64,000 nt of DNA, from positions 2,944,001-3,008,000 of the forward strand of contig CAVXRD010000002.1 of NCBI GenBank assembly GCA_963764165.1. Reading direction: 5' to 3'. Made by a program: the position numbers and the translations under genes. The notes under the pieces are model-generated. The model worked only from the letters and a program-made list of their open reading frames with translations. It was not told where the DNA came from and ran no database searches. Below, piece by piece: positions 31,138-41,077 of the stretch. This stretch comes from an uncultured Verrucomicrobiae bacterium. Its GTDB lineage: Bacteria; Verrucomicrobiota; Verrucomicrobiia; Limisphaerales; Palsa-1400. Within the stretch, counting starts at the first letter, position 1, and every line of letters starts with the position of its first letter.

Positions 31138-31875
31138 ATGATTAATACAACTGTTTCTAACGTATGGAGAAGATCCATCAACCATGCGTGCTGCGCCGCG
31201 CTTTCCATTCTGATTTTGCCCGCGTTCCTGGCCGCGCCCGTCCGTGCTCAACCAGAAGCGGCCAAGGACGCCGACATGCACACCGCCATGACGCTCACGG
31301 TTCATGGAAAATGTGAGTATTCCAGGGACGGCGCCACTTTCACCAAATTGAGGCATGCCCAGATCCTGGAAGAGGGGGCCGTCATACGGGCCGGTGAGGG
31401 GTCGCAGGTGGACCTCTTTTTCCGCCGCACCGGCACCGTTGTCAGGCTTCAGCCAGATACCGAAATAAAACTCGAAACCATGTCGATTACCATGAAGGAC
31501 GGGCAGCCGCTGGTGCATACATTGCTTGATCTGCGCACAGGGCGGATTTTCGCAGTCGTTCGCCACACCGTCCCGGGCAGCACGATGGAAATCAAGAACA
31601 AGGACGGCCGCGCCGTTGTTGAAGGCAGCGGCATCGGCCGTTACATCATTACCGCCGATGGCACTCATGTGGCTGCGAATGGATCAGGCATTCCTCTTAA
31701 AGTAGTGCATGAAAATGGAATCACCGTCGTCGCCGCCGGAGAGCAATTCTCAAAGAAGGATGGCAAAACGCTCCCCTTGGACAGCGGTGTCTGGGTCAAG
31801 GAGCTTATGCAAATGGATGAGCTTGACGCGGTCGTGGATACCTCGGTTGCCCTCGCGCCCGCGCCGAAACCCTAA
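31138..31875 (+). CDS. Secreted FecR-like domain protein
   Basis: Signal peptide; L.EG..IR.G..S.VDL.F...G.VVRL..DTEI and LDLRTGRI pattern. Confidence 0.7.
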   Translation: MINTTVSNVWRRSINHACCAALSILILPAFLAAPVRAQPEAAKDADMHTAMTLTVHGKCEYSRDGATFTKLRHAQILEEGAVIRAGEGSQVDLFFRRTGTVVRLQPDTEIKLETMSITMKDGQPLVHTLLDLRTGRIFAVVRHTVPGSTMEIKNKDGRAVVEGSGIGRYIITADGTHVAANGSGIPLKVVHENGITVVAAGEQFSKKDGKTLPLDSGVWVKELMQMDELDAVVDTSVALAPAPKP

Positions 31876-32144
31876 GCGCCTCACCCAAGCCGGCTAATGC
31901 AGCCAGGAGCCGGCTGTGGAATTGAATCGCACAAGCCGGTCCCGCGGGAATCAAACACGAACGATGCAGTTGGATTTGGGAGCGCGACCATCTCGGCCGC
32001 TCTGGCTGGCGTCTCGCCGGCCAGTCTTGCGATAATTCCGCCAACACCGATTGATGGCTCGCCCGGCGCGGCACAGGTTTTCGCCGCGACGCCGAAAACG
32101 GCGGTCGAGACGCGGCGTTCCGCAATGCAACTGCGTCGTTCCGG

Positions 32145-33269
32145 CTAAGGCAGGCTCAGAATGGCCGCCGCCGCCCGCGCGGCGGCCCCAGGCCCTCCCA
32201 ATTCCGCGATAATCGCCGCCAATTTCCTTTGGACTTCCGCGCGGCGGGCGGGGTCGCGAAGCAATCGAATCGCGGCATTCGCCAGATTTTCGCCGGTGGC
32301 TTCGTGCTGGATGAATTCCGCATACAACGGCTCGCCCGCCAGAATGTTTGGCATCGAAAGGTAATCCACGGTGGCGATGCGGCGGCCGATAAAATAAGTT
32401 AGGGCCGACGTCTTGTATAGCGTCACCGCCGGGACGCCGTAATACGCGCATTCGAGCGTGACCGTCCCCGTCGAGGCAATGGCCAGCGTCGCTTCCGACA
32501 ATGCCTTCGCCAATCCTCCCACTTGGACTTCGACTTGCAGCGCCAAATAACCGAGCGAGGAGCGAATCCAATCGCCCATTTTCTCATTCGAAGCCACCAG
32601 TGTGAACCGCACGGGGATCTCCGCCGCCATGCGCCGGCCGGCCTCCAACATCACCGGCAAATGGCGCTTCAATTCCGAGCGCCGGCTGCCGGGCAGCAGC
32701 ACCACGGTCGGCGGCGTGGTTTCCTTCCGCGCCGCAACGGTGTGCCTGTCAAACATCGGATGGCCCGCCACCTCGACGCGGAATCCCGGCACGCGCTTCG
32801 CATACCAATCCTTTTCAAACGGGAAAAGGCACAGCAGCAAGTCGAACACCCGCGCCATTTTGTCCGCCCTTCCCGGTCGCGAAGCCCAGACCTGCGGCGA
32901 AACATACTTGACAATCCTCGGCTTCCAGTTCGCGGTGTCCAGCTTGCGAATCGCGCGGGCCAGCGAATGGTTGAAGAAACTGAAGTCCACCAGAATCACC
33001 GCCTCTGGCTTCTCCCGGGCCGCCAGCCGCGCCAATTCCCGTTTGTGCCGCAAAAACCGCGGCAGTTTTTTCAGCGGATCGCTGACGCCAATGACGGCGT
33101 CCGCAGTCAAGTCGAAGGAAATTTCGGCGCCCGCCTCCGCCATGCGCGGGCCGCCCGCGCCGATGAATCGCGCCCCCGGGCGCGCCCATTTCAATGCGCG
33201 AACGAGGTCCGCGGCAATGGCGTCGCCGCTGGGATCCCCGGCGACCACCATGACGGTCTTCAAGTTCAT
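32145..33269 (-). CDS. lpxB: Lipid-A-disaccharide synthase
   Basis: VAGDPSGD, YVSPQVWASR, LFPFE, GHP, LLPGSRRSE, SGTVTLE. Confidence 0.96.
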   Translation of the reverse strand: MNLKTVMVVAGDPSGDAIAADLVRALKWARPGARFIGAGGPRMAEAGAEISFDLTADAVIGVSDPLKKLPRFLRHKRELARLAAREKPEAVILVDFSFFNHSLARAIRKLDTANWKPRIVKYVSPQVWASRPGRADKMARVFDLLLCLFPFEKDWYAKRVPGFRVEVAGHPMFDRHTVAARKETTPPTVVLLPGSRRSELKRHLPVMLEAGRRMAAEIPVRFTLVASNEKMGDWIRSSLGYLALQVEVQVGGLAKALSEATLAIASTGTVTLECAYYGVPAVTLYKTSALTYFIGRRIATVDYLSMPNILAGEPLYAEFIQHEATGENLANAAIRLLRDPARRAEVQRKLAAIIAELGGPGAAARAAAAILSLP

Positions 33270-33270
33270 C

Positions 33271-33651
33271 TCATTTCAGTTCGGCCTTAACAAGCTTCAG
33301 GAATTCCGCGATTTTAAAAGGAATGATCGGCGCCGCCAAGCCGGTCAAAAAATTTGCAATTGCGCCCAGCACCGGAATGGGAGCGTCCGGGATTGTTTGC
33401 GTCCAGATGTCTTTGTCAAGATGATAGAACGCCACCGGTATCGGGAACCCCTGCACTTTCAAGCTCCCGCCGCTGTTGTATTTGAGGAAAAAGGCCAGCC
33501 AGACGCCAAGCCCCAGGCCGGCCACCACGGCCATGGCAAGGTGCCGCCAGTTTTTCTGCTCGCGCCATTGCGCCCATTGCCGCCTTCCCGTCGTCAAAGC
33601 CAGCCAGAAATCGAAGGCGATGATCGGAAAAATCAGAATCAATCCCCCCAT
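33271..33651 (-). CDS. Hypothetical membrane protein
   Basis: Three hydrophobic segments; packed between operon genes with 1-3 bp gaps. Confidence 0.7.
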   Translation of the reverse strand: MGGLILIFPIIAFDFWLALTTGRRQWAQWREQKNWRHLAMAVVAGLGLGVWLAFFLKYNSGGSLKVQGFPIPVAFYHLDKDIWTQTIPDAPIPVLGAIANFLTGLAAPIIPFKIAEFLKLVKAELK

Positions 33652-33654
33652 AAC

Positions 33655-34689
33655 TCAGCTCAAAGCCTGCCCTTTTTGATTTTGAACCAGGCGCGTGATT
33701 TCAAAGGCGAGATCAAGGGAGCGCTGCGCGACCGCGCCGCTGACAAGGGGCGTCCGGTGCGTCTTGACGCAGTCAACAAAATGGCGCAATTCCAGCTTGA
33801 GCGGCTCGTCCTTTTCAATCGGCACCGGCTCGCGCACAATTTTCTTTCCGGCAAATTCGCTGACAATCGCCGAATCCTTGGCGTGCAGCAATTTCTTCAG
33901 CAGGGACGATGGCTCTTCGCCTTCGCGCGCCACGCGGTAGATGAATCCTTCCTGCGCGCGGAAATCAAGCGACACATGGCAGGGGTTTTCGCCGCCGCTG
34001 AAGACGCGGATCTTGCGCATGCGCTGCGGGCTGATGCGGCTGACCGTCAGATTGGCAACGCAGCCGTTGGCGAAACGAAGCCGGGCGTTGGCGATGTCTT
34101 CCGATTTGCTCAAGACGGGAAGACCCACGGCATCGATGCTGGCCACCGGCGACTTCACAAATCCCAAAATGACGTCGAGATCGTGAATCATCAAATCCAG
34201 CACCACGCCAATATCCGTGCTGCGGGCGGGAAATGGCGAGAGCCGGTGGGTTTCAATAAAGCGCGGATCGGTGGCGACTTTTTCCAGATATGTGAGAACC
34301 GGGTTGAAACGCTCCACGTGGCCCACTTGCAAAACCGAATTTTTCTCGCGGGCCAACTGCACCAATTCCGCCGCCTGCGCCGCGTTGTCGGTCATCGGTT
34401 TCTCCACCAGCACGTGCTTTCCGGCAGTGAGAAGTTTTTTGGCCACTTCAAAATGGGTATGGGTCGGCGTGACAACGCTGAAAGCTTCGGCGCCGGACAG
34501 CGCCTCATCCAATGATCCAAAGACAGGGACTTTCAGCTTTTCGGCGATCCTAGCCGCTTGGACGGCAGATGAATCGAAGACACCGGCGAAGACAATTTGG
34601 TTGGCGGCGGCGAAATCCGCGTAAAGGCGGGCGTGTTCCTTTCCCAGGGAACCCACTCCAATCACCGCGACAGTCAGTATGGCGGACAT
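33655..34689 (-). CDS. Gfo/Idh/MocA oxidoreductase (GnnA-like by context)
   Basis: GVGSLG, HVLVEKP, QVGHVERFNP, VVLDLMIHDLD; upstream of lpxB. Confidence 0.88.
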   Translation of the reverse strand: MSAILTVAVIGVGSLGKEHARLYADFAAANQIVFAGVFDSSAVQAARIAEKLKVPVFGSLDEALSGAEAFSVVTPTHTHFEVAKKLLTAGKHVLVEKPMTDNAAQAAELVQLAREKNSVLQVGHVERFNPVLTYLEKVATDPRFIETHRLSPFPARSTDIGVVLDLMIHDLDVILGFVKSPVASIDAVGLPVLSKSEDIANARLRFANGCVANLTVSRISPQRMRKIRVFSGGENPCHVSLDFRAQEGFIYRVAREGEEPSSLLKKLLHAKDSAIVSEFAGKKIVREPVPIEKDEPLKLELRHFVDCVKTHRTPLVSGAVAQRSLDLAFEITRLVQNQKGQALS

Positions 34690-34869
34690 AAATGTCCGTT
34701 GACGATTTACGCAGGGGGACGGTGGAGCAAGATAAAAGTGACGCCCATCAAAGGGCGGCAACCTTGCGCTGCCCGCCGGAATGCGTTACACGTTAGTACT
34801 ATGAAAACTGAAGTGTGTCCTCTGCAGCCGGGTTTGCAAGATTCTGAAAACAAACCCGTATCAAGCAGT

Positions 34870-35253
34870 ATGAAAACGATATTACGTTTGCTGCCCCTTT
34901 CGCTTGCCATCATCCTCTGCGGATGCGGGCCCGGCTATAAATTTACGCCTTGGACGCAGCCACAGCAAAACTGGACGACGGGACCGGAAGGCTACACGCG
35001 CCAAGTCAAAGGCGTCCCTTTGTACAATCCGGGCCAATACCCTTCCCGTCCCTACTACATCGTCGGAGCTTTCAGCACCGATAACGAAGATAATGTCGCC
35101 AAAGCCGTCAAAGACCAGCATGGTGACGCCGCTCTGCTTTCCAGCGAGACCGAGCATCGGACGGGCTCCATTGCGTGGGCAGCCCCCGGCGTTTACGGTG
35201 TGACCCCGCTTACCGCGAAGGTCATCACCGGCAACATCATCAAATTCAGATAA
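34870..35253 (+). CDS. Hypothetical lipoprotein
   Basis: MKTILRLL...ILCGC lipobox. Confidence 0.7.
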   Translation: MKTILRLLPLSLAIILCGCGPGYKFTPWTQPQQNWTTGPEGYTRQVKGVPLYNPGQYPSRPYYIVGAFSTDNEDNVAKAVKDQHGDAALLSSETEHRTGSIAWAAPGVYGVTPLTAKVITGNIIKFR

Positions 35254-35276
35254 TTCTGAATTTGATTTGACTGCTC

Positions 35277-35600
35277 TCAGTGCCAGCCGCCGCGGTGATA
35301 CACCCGGCGGCCGCCGTGGACTTCATAGCGTCCGGCGACCCAGTGCGCGCCCGGATGCGGTGGGCGATCCCAATAGCCGTGGTGCCATGCCCATCGGCCG
35401 CCTTCCCAGCCCCATTCGCCGCCAACCCAAACATAGCCGGGCGCCGGCATGGGTGTTTGGACGTCGACTTGCAGGGGCGGCGGATCCGCATCCACCGCCA
35501 CCGCTCCTCCGGGACCCTGCACCTCCGCAGCGCAGCCGGCGGCCAAAACACTGGCGGTTCCAGCCGCCAGCACCATATTAAGCAATTTTGTATTTTTCAT
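35277..35600 (-). CDS. YXWGXW/WXXGXW repeat lipoprotein
   Basis: LAAGC lipobox; PGYVWVGGEWGW, WHHGYW, HWVAGRY. Confidence 0.88.
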   Translation of the reverse strand: MKNTKLLNMVLAAGTASVLAAGCAAEVQGPGGAVAVDADPPPLQVDVQTPMPAPGYVWVGGEWGWEGGRWAWHHGYWDRPPHPGAHWVAGRYEVHGGRRVYHRGGWH

Positions 35601-35695
35601 AATTGACAGTCTTGAAACAAACCTCGGCCAGAGTGGGCGGCTGTCAAGGTGTCAAGCGATCAGGTTTGCCCTGATTTCAACCTCGTCCAACACTC

Positions 35696-35798
35696 GGTGG
35701 GGCGAGACTCCGTCGAGCCCTGGATAAATTTCGGCCACGTGTCAAGTGCAAGGAGCATGGGATTGAATCAGGGCTCGACTGAGTCTCGCCCTGCCGAG
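35696..35798. repeat. REP family 3 inverted pair (GTRGGGCGAG.CTCC..CGAGCC)
   Basis: Related pairs at 55934-56055 and 62778-62913. Confidence 0.85.
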
Positions 35799-35804
35799 TT
35801 GGGA

Positions 35805-36587
35805 TTATATGTCAAAAACCGTGATTTCCGGGCGGCAATTGAAGCGATAGGGCGCGCCGAGCCAGCCTATGCCCGGATTCACATAGAGCGGCCCCGCCGG
35901 AAGATCGAACCTGCCGATTTCATATTTGCCCACCCAAAACGGCAGAAGTATTGCGCCGTAAAACGGAATGCGCACTTGGCCTCCATGGGAATGGCCCGCC
36001 AGCATCAAATCATATTTCTCCGTGACGCGCTCGGCCATCAAAGGATAATGAATCAGCAAAATATTTTTGACACCCGGCCTCGGCGGCAGCGAAGCGGGCG
36101 CGCCTTTCAAGCACGTCACGCCGCTGAACATGATTTTTCCGTCGGCGGTCATCGCTTGCGAATCCCGCAAAAACGCCCCGCCGGACTTCGCGAACGATTT
36201 GGTGAAGTCGCTGAAGACCGCCTTGCTCCAATAATCATGATTTCCCGGCACCGCGTAAATTGGCGATTTGACCCCCTCCAGAATTTGCAGCGCCGCCGGC
36301 ACAAAAGCGCGATCCTCGATCAAATCGCCTGTAAAACACACAGCGTCCGGCGAAAGCGCGTTGATCTTTCGCACCACCTGCTCAAGGTAAGCGCGGTCCC
36401 CTTTGTAATGAATGTCCGTGATTTGGACGAGGCGAAGGGCCGGCTGGCCCCCGGTCAATTTGAATTTGCGAACCTTGACCCAGTTTGGCTCGAGCCACTT
36501 CGCTTCCGCCCAAACGGCCACAGGAGCGGCCAGAAGCGATAGCCAGACAAAACGGCGGCGCGATAATTTCGGGAGTGAAACCTTCAT
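35805..36587 (-). CDS. Metallophosphoesterase (YkuE/YaeI-like)
   Basis: TDIH, TGDL, PGNHD, GHSHGGQ motifs. Confidence 0.92.
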   Translation of the reverse strand: MKVSLPKLSRRRFVWLSLLAAPVAVWAEAKWLEPNWVKVRKFKLTGGQPALRLVQITDIHYKGDRAYLEQVVRKINALSPDAVCFTGDLIEDRAFVPAALQILEGVKSPIYAVPGNHDYWSKAVFSDFTKSFAKSGGAFLRDSQAMTADGKIMFSGVTCLKGAPASLPPRPGVKNILLIHYPLMAERVTEKYDLMLAGHSHGGQVRIPFYGAILLPFWVGKYEIGRFDLPAGPLYVNPGIGWLGAPYRFNCRPEITVFDI

Positions 36588-37666
36588 TTCTGCGGCTGCC
36601 CGCCCGTTGCGGAATCAGCCGCGCCAAGATACAGCATCGCAATCTTCTTTGCTACTTTGGTGGCAATGCCCGATTCGTTGGAGTTGGTCAGGATGATGAC
36701 GGCCAAGCCGTCCCTGGGAAATCGCTGGATGCTGGCGGAAAAGCCTGAAGTCGTGCCGCTGTGCCCGATGTTTTGGTGGCCCTGCAACGGATCGAGAAAC
36801 CAGCCAAACCCGTAGGCGTGCGTCGAGCCGCCATTGAGGTGGACGGGCGTCCACATTTGCGCTTCGGTCTCGCTGGACAGCAGCTTTTGCGCGTCGAGAG
36901 CGGCGTTCCACTTGGCCAGATCGCCTACGGTCGAGACAATGGCCCCTGCTGAAAAAATATCCGTCAAATCGTAATCGCGATTGATGTAGTGCCCGGCGCG
37001 GTCAGTTTCATATCCGCTGGCGCGATTGGGGATGATGTTGCGCGGATCGCGATTGCTGGTGTTCGTCATGCCCAGCGGACCAAAAATGCGGCGCTGCATG
37101 TAATCCCAATATTTCTGGCCGCTGACATCTTCAATGACGAAGCCCAGCAGATTGAAGGCGCTGTTGCAATACGACCACTTCTCGCCCGGTTGAAAATCCA
37201 TCGGCACGTCGGCCATCTTGTGAATGAACTGGCTCTGCGACAGATGCCGCGTCAGTTCGAACCCATCCAGCGTGGTATAATTTTTGATGCCGGACGTGTG
37301 GGTCAAAAGATGGCGCAGCGTGATGTTCGTCCACGCAGGGGGAATGTCTTTGATGAATTTGGAAAGCTTGTCGTCGACGGACAATTTGCCGTCCTGCTGC
37401 AACAGCAGAATGCCGGCAGCGGTGAATTGTTTTGTGACTGAACCGATTTCGAAGACTGTGTCGGCCGTGACGGCGTTGCTCCATTCCAAGTTGGCCAGGC
37501 CGTAGGCGGCGATTTTTGTGGGTTTGCCGTTTTGAATGATTTCCAACGCCAATCCCGGAATCGGATGCTGTTGCATTTCCGAGTGAATGGCCTCATCCAC
37601 GGTATCGGCCCTCACTGCCCGAACGAGGTTAAGTGAAAGAAGCAGCGATAAAAAAAGCGCGCGCAT
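36584..37666 (-). CDS. Serine hydrolase, beta-lactamase/AmpC-like family
   Basis: IGSVTKQF (SxxK), LLTHTSG, YCN, GHSG; signal peptide. Confidence 0.92.
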   Translation of the reverse strand: MRALFLSLLLSLNLVRAVRADTVDEAIHSEMQQHPIPGLALEIIQNGKPTKIAAYGLANLEWSNAVTADTVFEIGSVTKQFTAAGILLLQQDGKLSVDDKLSKFIKDIPPAWTNITLRHLLTHTSGIKNYTTLDGFELTRHLSQSQFIHKMADVPMDFQPGEKWSYCNSAFNLLGFVIEDVSGQKYWDYMQRRIFGPLGMTNTSNRDPRNIIPNRASGYETDRAGHYINRDYDLTDIFSAGAIVSTVGDLAKWNAALDAQKLLSSETEAQMWTPVHLNGGSTHAYGFGWFLDPLQGHQNIGHSGTTSGFSASIQRFPRDGLAVIILTNSNESGIATKVAKKIAMLYLGAADSATGGQPQK

Positions 37667-37784
37667 TATGGAACAAATTTAATCGGTTATGGGTTCGGCT
37701 GAATGTGCCGGGTTCGCAGCAAGCCGCGGCTTCCTTATCAGCCCCAGCCCGGCGAGAGCAGGATTTTCCCGGCCCTAAATCTCC

Positions 37785-38537
37785 TCAACCCATCTTGCGA
37801 AGGGCATCGCGGATTCGCGCGGCCTCTTCGTAATTTTCAGAGCGCACCAGCTCATCCAGCTTCGTTTCCAGTTTCTCCCGGGCGGTCAGCGGCCTTTTTT
37901 TTTGGATTTCGTCGAGCCACATTTCCAGGGACTGAAGTTCTCCGCTGTTCTCGAGCAGATCCTGGCGGTCGTGCTCGCGGTAAAATTGGCGGATTTCCTC
38001 CAAGCCATTTTCGACGACTTGAATCATCTCCTCGTAACGGTTGTCCTTGAGGGCGACGGCGCCGCGCGCGCGCACCCGCATCATGAGCAATTGCGGGCGA
38101 AATTGCTGCAGCGACCAGGCGAGGTCCTCGGTGGCGGCGTAGCGCTGGACGAAATCGAACACTTTCAAGTTCCGCTCCGCGTCCGCAATCACGCCGTCGA
38201 AATCCTCCAATTGAAAGAGGCAGATGTAGCGATGGTGATATTGAATGGCTTCCTGCTGCAGCTTTCCGCAATCCTCGGCAGTGAGGCGGAATGTCTTTTC
38301 GTCATTCTGATGCTCGCGGCGGAAGCGTTTGAGCTGCTCCTGAAAATGCTCGAGGAGAGACTGGTGCCCAAATGGATGCTTGCCGTCAGGGCGGCCTTTG
38401 GCATTCATTTGCAGCAGGCCAAGATCCACCCTGAGCTGGATTTTGTCTGAGCCATCTTCACCGCGGAATTTTCTGACGACGACCTGCCCCGGTTGGTAGT
38501 CCCACTGATCCAGAAGAGCGGATATGTCGAAACTCAT
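37785..38537 (-). CDS. UvrB/UvrC-motif-containing protein
   Basis: KIQLRVDLGLLQM..GRPDG N-terminus; C-terminal ENYEEAARIRD UVR motif. Confidence 0.85.
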   Translation of the reverse strand: MSFDISALLDQWDYQPGQVVVRKFRGEDGSDKIQLRVDLGLLQMNAKGRPDGKHPFGHQSLLEHFQEQLKRFRREHQNDEKTFRLTAEDCGKLQQEAIQYHHRYICLFQLEDFDGVIADAERNLKVFDFVQRYAATEDLAWSLQQFRPQLLMMRVRARGAVALKDNRYEEMIQVVENGLEEIRQFYREHDRQDLLENSGELQSLEMWLDEIQKKRPLTAREKLETKLDELVRSENYEEAARIRDALRKMG

Positions 38538-38655
38538 ATTAATTAAATATGGACGGCCTTGATAATAAGTCAATGCAACGAGGACACATTAGCAAGCAAA
38601 AACGCGGTGAATTGTTTCTTTCTCCCGGCGGGCCGGGTCCGTAGTCTTTTCCTTG

Positions 38656-39639
38656 ATGCCGCAAACGGTCAAGATAACAGTCCATTCAAGCGAATTTCCC
38701 CAGTCAGTGGAGCGCGCTTTTCTGGAAGGTTTGCGCGCCCGGAAAATTGCGCCGAGGTTCCTCTACCAGGGCCATCGGCAGGGGCAATTGTGGCTGCGCT
38801 TGCACCATGAGCACTCGCCGGCCTGGCGCGATCCGGAGGTGCTTGCGCTCTACGCCGAAAGCTTTGCCGCCGCCAGCATGGTCCGCGATGAGCCGGTTAA
38901 TGTGGCGGGTCTTGGCTGCGGCGGAGGCACAAAAGAAGCAATGCTCTTGCTGGCATTGGCCGCGGGCAAAAATCCGGCGGTGGCCTATCTGCCGAGCGAC
39001 GTCAGCCTGCCTCTGTTGCTGACCTCTGTCGAATCAGCGCGAAATAACGGCTCCTCCGCAACTTGCAAACCGTTGCTGTGCGACTTGGCGCTTGCGGAGG
39101 ATTTGCCAGCGGCACTGGATGATCTGTTGGAGCCTTCCATTCCGCGGATCATTACGTTTTTCGGCCTCATTCCTAACTTCGAACCCGAGGCAATTCTGCC
39201 AAAATTATCCTCGCTGGTGCGCAAGCGTGACGTGCTGCTTTTCAGCGCCAATCTCGCTCCAGGAACGGACTACCGCGCCGGCGTCGAATCGATTTTCGGA
39301 GGCTACGACAACGCCCACACCCGCGATTGGCTGATGGCGTTTCTTGAGGATTTGGGCGTGCGAAGCGACGATGGCATGCTCAAATTCTCCATCGAGGATG
39401 CCGGCGGCAATCTTCGCATCGTGGCGGATTTCCAATTTTCCCGCGAGCGAGTGGTTGTGGCCGCTGGGGAGAAGTTTGTATTCGAGCGCGGCGCGGTGGT
39501 GCGGCTTTTTTTTTCTTACCGCTACACAGCGCAGATGATCCCGCGATTGCTTCGGCAATATGGATTGGAAGCGCGCCAGCAATGGATCGCGAGTTCGGGC
39601 GAAGAAGGCGTTTTTCTCTGCGAAAAATCCGCTCGTTAA
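38656..39639 (+). CDS. EgtD-like (L-histidine N-alpha) SAM-dependent methyltransferase
   Basis: RKIAPRFLY, LGCGGGTKE, FFGLIPNF, GYDN and FFSYRY resemble Methyltransf_33. Confidence 0.7.
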   Translation: MPQTVKITVHSSEFPQSVERAFLEGLRARKIAPRFLYQGHRQGQLWLRLHHEHSPAWRDPEVLALYAESFAAASMVRDEPVNVAGLGCGGGTKEAMLLLALAAGKNPAVAYLPSDVSLPLLLTSVESARNNGSSATCKPLLCDLALAEDLPAALDDLLEPSIPRIITFFGLIPNFEPEAILPKLSSLVRKRDVLLFSANLAPGTDYRAGVESIFGGYDNAHTRDWLMAFLEDLGVRSDDGMLKFSIEDAGGNLRIVADFQFSRERVVVAAGEKFVFERGAVVRLFFSYRYTAQMIPRLLRQYGLEARQQWIASSGEEGVFLCEKSAR

Positions 39640-40523
39640 AACGCGCGCATCGTTTCCAGCACAGCACGCACTTTTGAAACCTCATGCGTTCGGAAAAGAT
39701 CCGTTTTCCCCAACGCGGCAAGGACAGCGAAAAACGGCTCCGCGCTCCGCACCTCCTCGCCGAAATATTCGAACGCATGCGGCAGCGCGTGGCAGACGGG
39801 AAATCCCAGCGCGCGCAATCGAAACGTCTCCAGAAACGTTTTCATCTGGTGCCGAACGCGAACGGAACTGTCCTGCAAATTCCGGTAGTAAAATCCCAAC
39901 CCGGGATCGATCAGGATTTTTTCCACTCCGTTCGCGGCGGCCAAACCGGTCAGGTTGCCAAAATAATCGCGCATCCTTCCAACCACGTCTCCTGTCAAAT
40001 CGAATTCTCCAACCTCGCGGACGTTCGGGCCTTCGACAAAGCAGAGAATGACGGCGGCATCATGCGCGGCGATCATTCGAAACGTTTCCGCCGCCTCTGC
40101 AGTGCCGGTTAAATTGATGACACTGGCCCCGGCTTCCAGCGAAGCGCGCGCCACCGCCGCTTGGTAAGTTTCCACGGAAACAAGAATCCCCTCCGCCGCC
40201 AATGTTCGCACAACGGGGCCGAGTTTTCCCAATTGCGCGCATTCGTCCATACGCGCGGCATGCTGCAAAGTGGACTCCGCGCCGATGTCAATGATATGCG
40301 CGCCTTGGGCGGTCAAAATTCGCGCGCGCTCAATGGCCCGCTCTTGTGTCAAACAAACACTCTCGCGATACCACGAATCCGCGGAAAGATTCACCACTCC
40401 CATGATGGAGGGTTCGGAGTTGAAAGCGAAACTCCGCGAGCCGATGGAAAATTCCCGCACCGTCGCGCTGGCGGCTTCGCGGTGCCGGCTCAGCAATTCG
40501 GCCAGATGTTGCAGCGACAGCAT
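39636..40523 (-). CDS. Divergent dihydropteroate synthase-like pterin-binding protein
   Basis: IMGVVNLSADS, IIDIGAEST, ILIDPGLGF, RTHEV; the canonical SRK motif is absent. Confidence 0.75.
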   Translation of the reverse strand: MLSLQHLAELLSRHREAASATVREFSIGSRSFAFNSEPSIMGVVNLSADSWYRESVCLTQERAIERARILTAQGAHIIDIGAESTLQHAARMDECAQLGKLGPVVRTLAAEGILVSVETYQAAVARASLEAGASVINLTGTAEAAETFRMIAAHDAAVILCFVEGPNVREVGEFDLTGDVVGRMRDYFGNLTGLAAANGVEKILIDPGLGFYYRNLQDSSVRVRHQMKTFLETFRLRALGFPVCHALPHAFEYFGEEVRSAEPFFAVLAALGKTDLFRTHEVSKVRAVLETMRAF

Positions 40524-40529
40524 CGCGCT

Positions 40530-40988
40530 CTATTTCTGCCGCGCGAACTGGCGGAACAATTGCAGTTGCTCGGGGTGGCGCTTCCAGAAGCCGACCAGCT
40601 TTTCCAGCACTTCCAACGTCTGCGGGCGGAGATGATGCTCGATGTCTTCCACTTCCGCCTCCACCGTGCGCTTTTCGAGGCCGAGCAGGCCAAGCAGTTC
40701 AGTCAGGGTTCGATGCCGCTCCTTGATGCGGGCGGCGACGGCGCGGCCTTCCGCCGTCAAATTAAAGCCGCGATAACGTTCGTAACTGAGCAACCCGCGG
40801 ACGGCCAACCGGCGCACCATGTTGGAAACCGTCGAAGGCGTCAGCCCCAGCTCCTCGGCAACATCCGTCACGCGGGCATAGCCCTTGCGCTCGACGCAAT
40901 CGGCAATGCGCTCCAGGTGATCCTCCGTCGAATCGGAAAAGGACACCGGAGCCGGAGCAGGGCGCGCCTTGTTTTTTTTCGCAGCCAT
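40530..40988 (-). CDS. DtxR/MntR-family metal-dependent transcriptional regulator
   Basis: STEDHLERI, ARVTDVA..L...PSTVS.MV.RL, RH..L, EDIEHH. Confidence 0.88.
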   Translation of the reverse strand: MAAKKNKARPAPAPVSFSDSTEDHLERIADCVERKGYARVTDVAEELGLTPSTVSNMVRRLAVRGLLSYERYRGFNLTAEGRAVAARIKERHRTLTELLGLLGLEKRTVEAEVEDIEHHLRPQTLEVLEKLVGFWKRHPEQLQLFRQFARQK

Positions 40989-41077
40989 CGGCCAGCAATA
41001 CCACAACCCTCCGCAGCCTGACGACTATTTTTGAAACCGGCAACTTATTGGCAATCCCTTGCCGACGAATCGCGGAT

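Noticed and set aside
32602..34515. 637-aa plus-strand ORF
   Set aside because: Antisense to the lpxB operon; no recognisable motifs.
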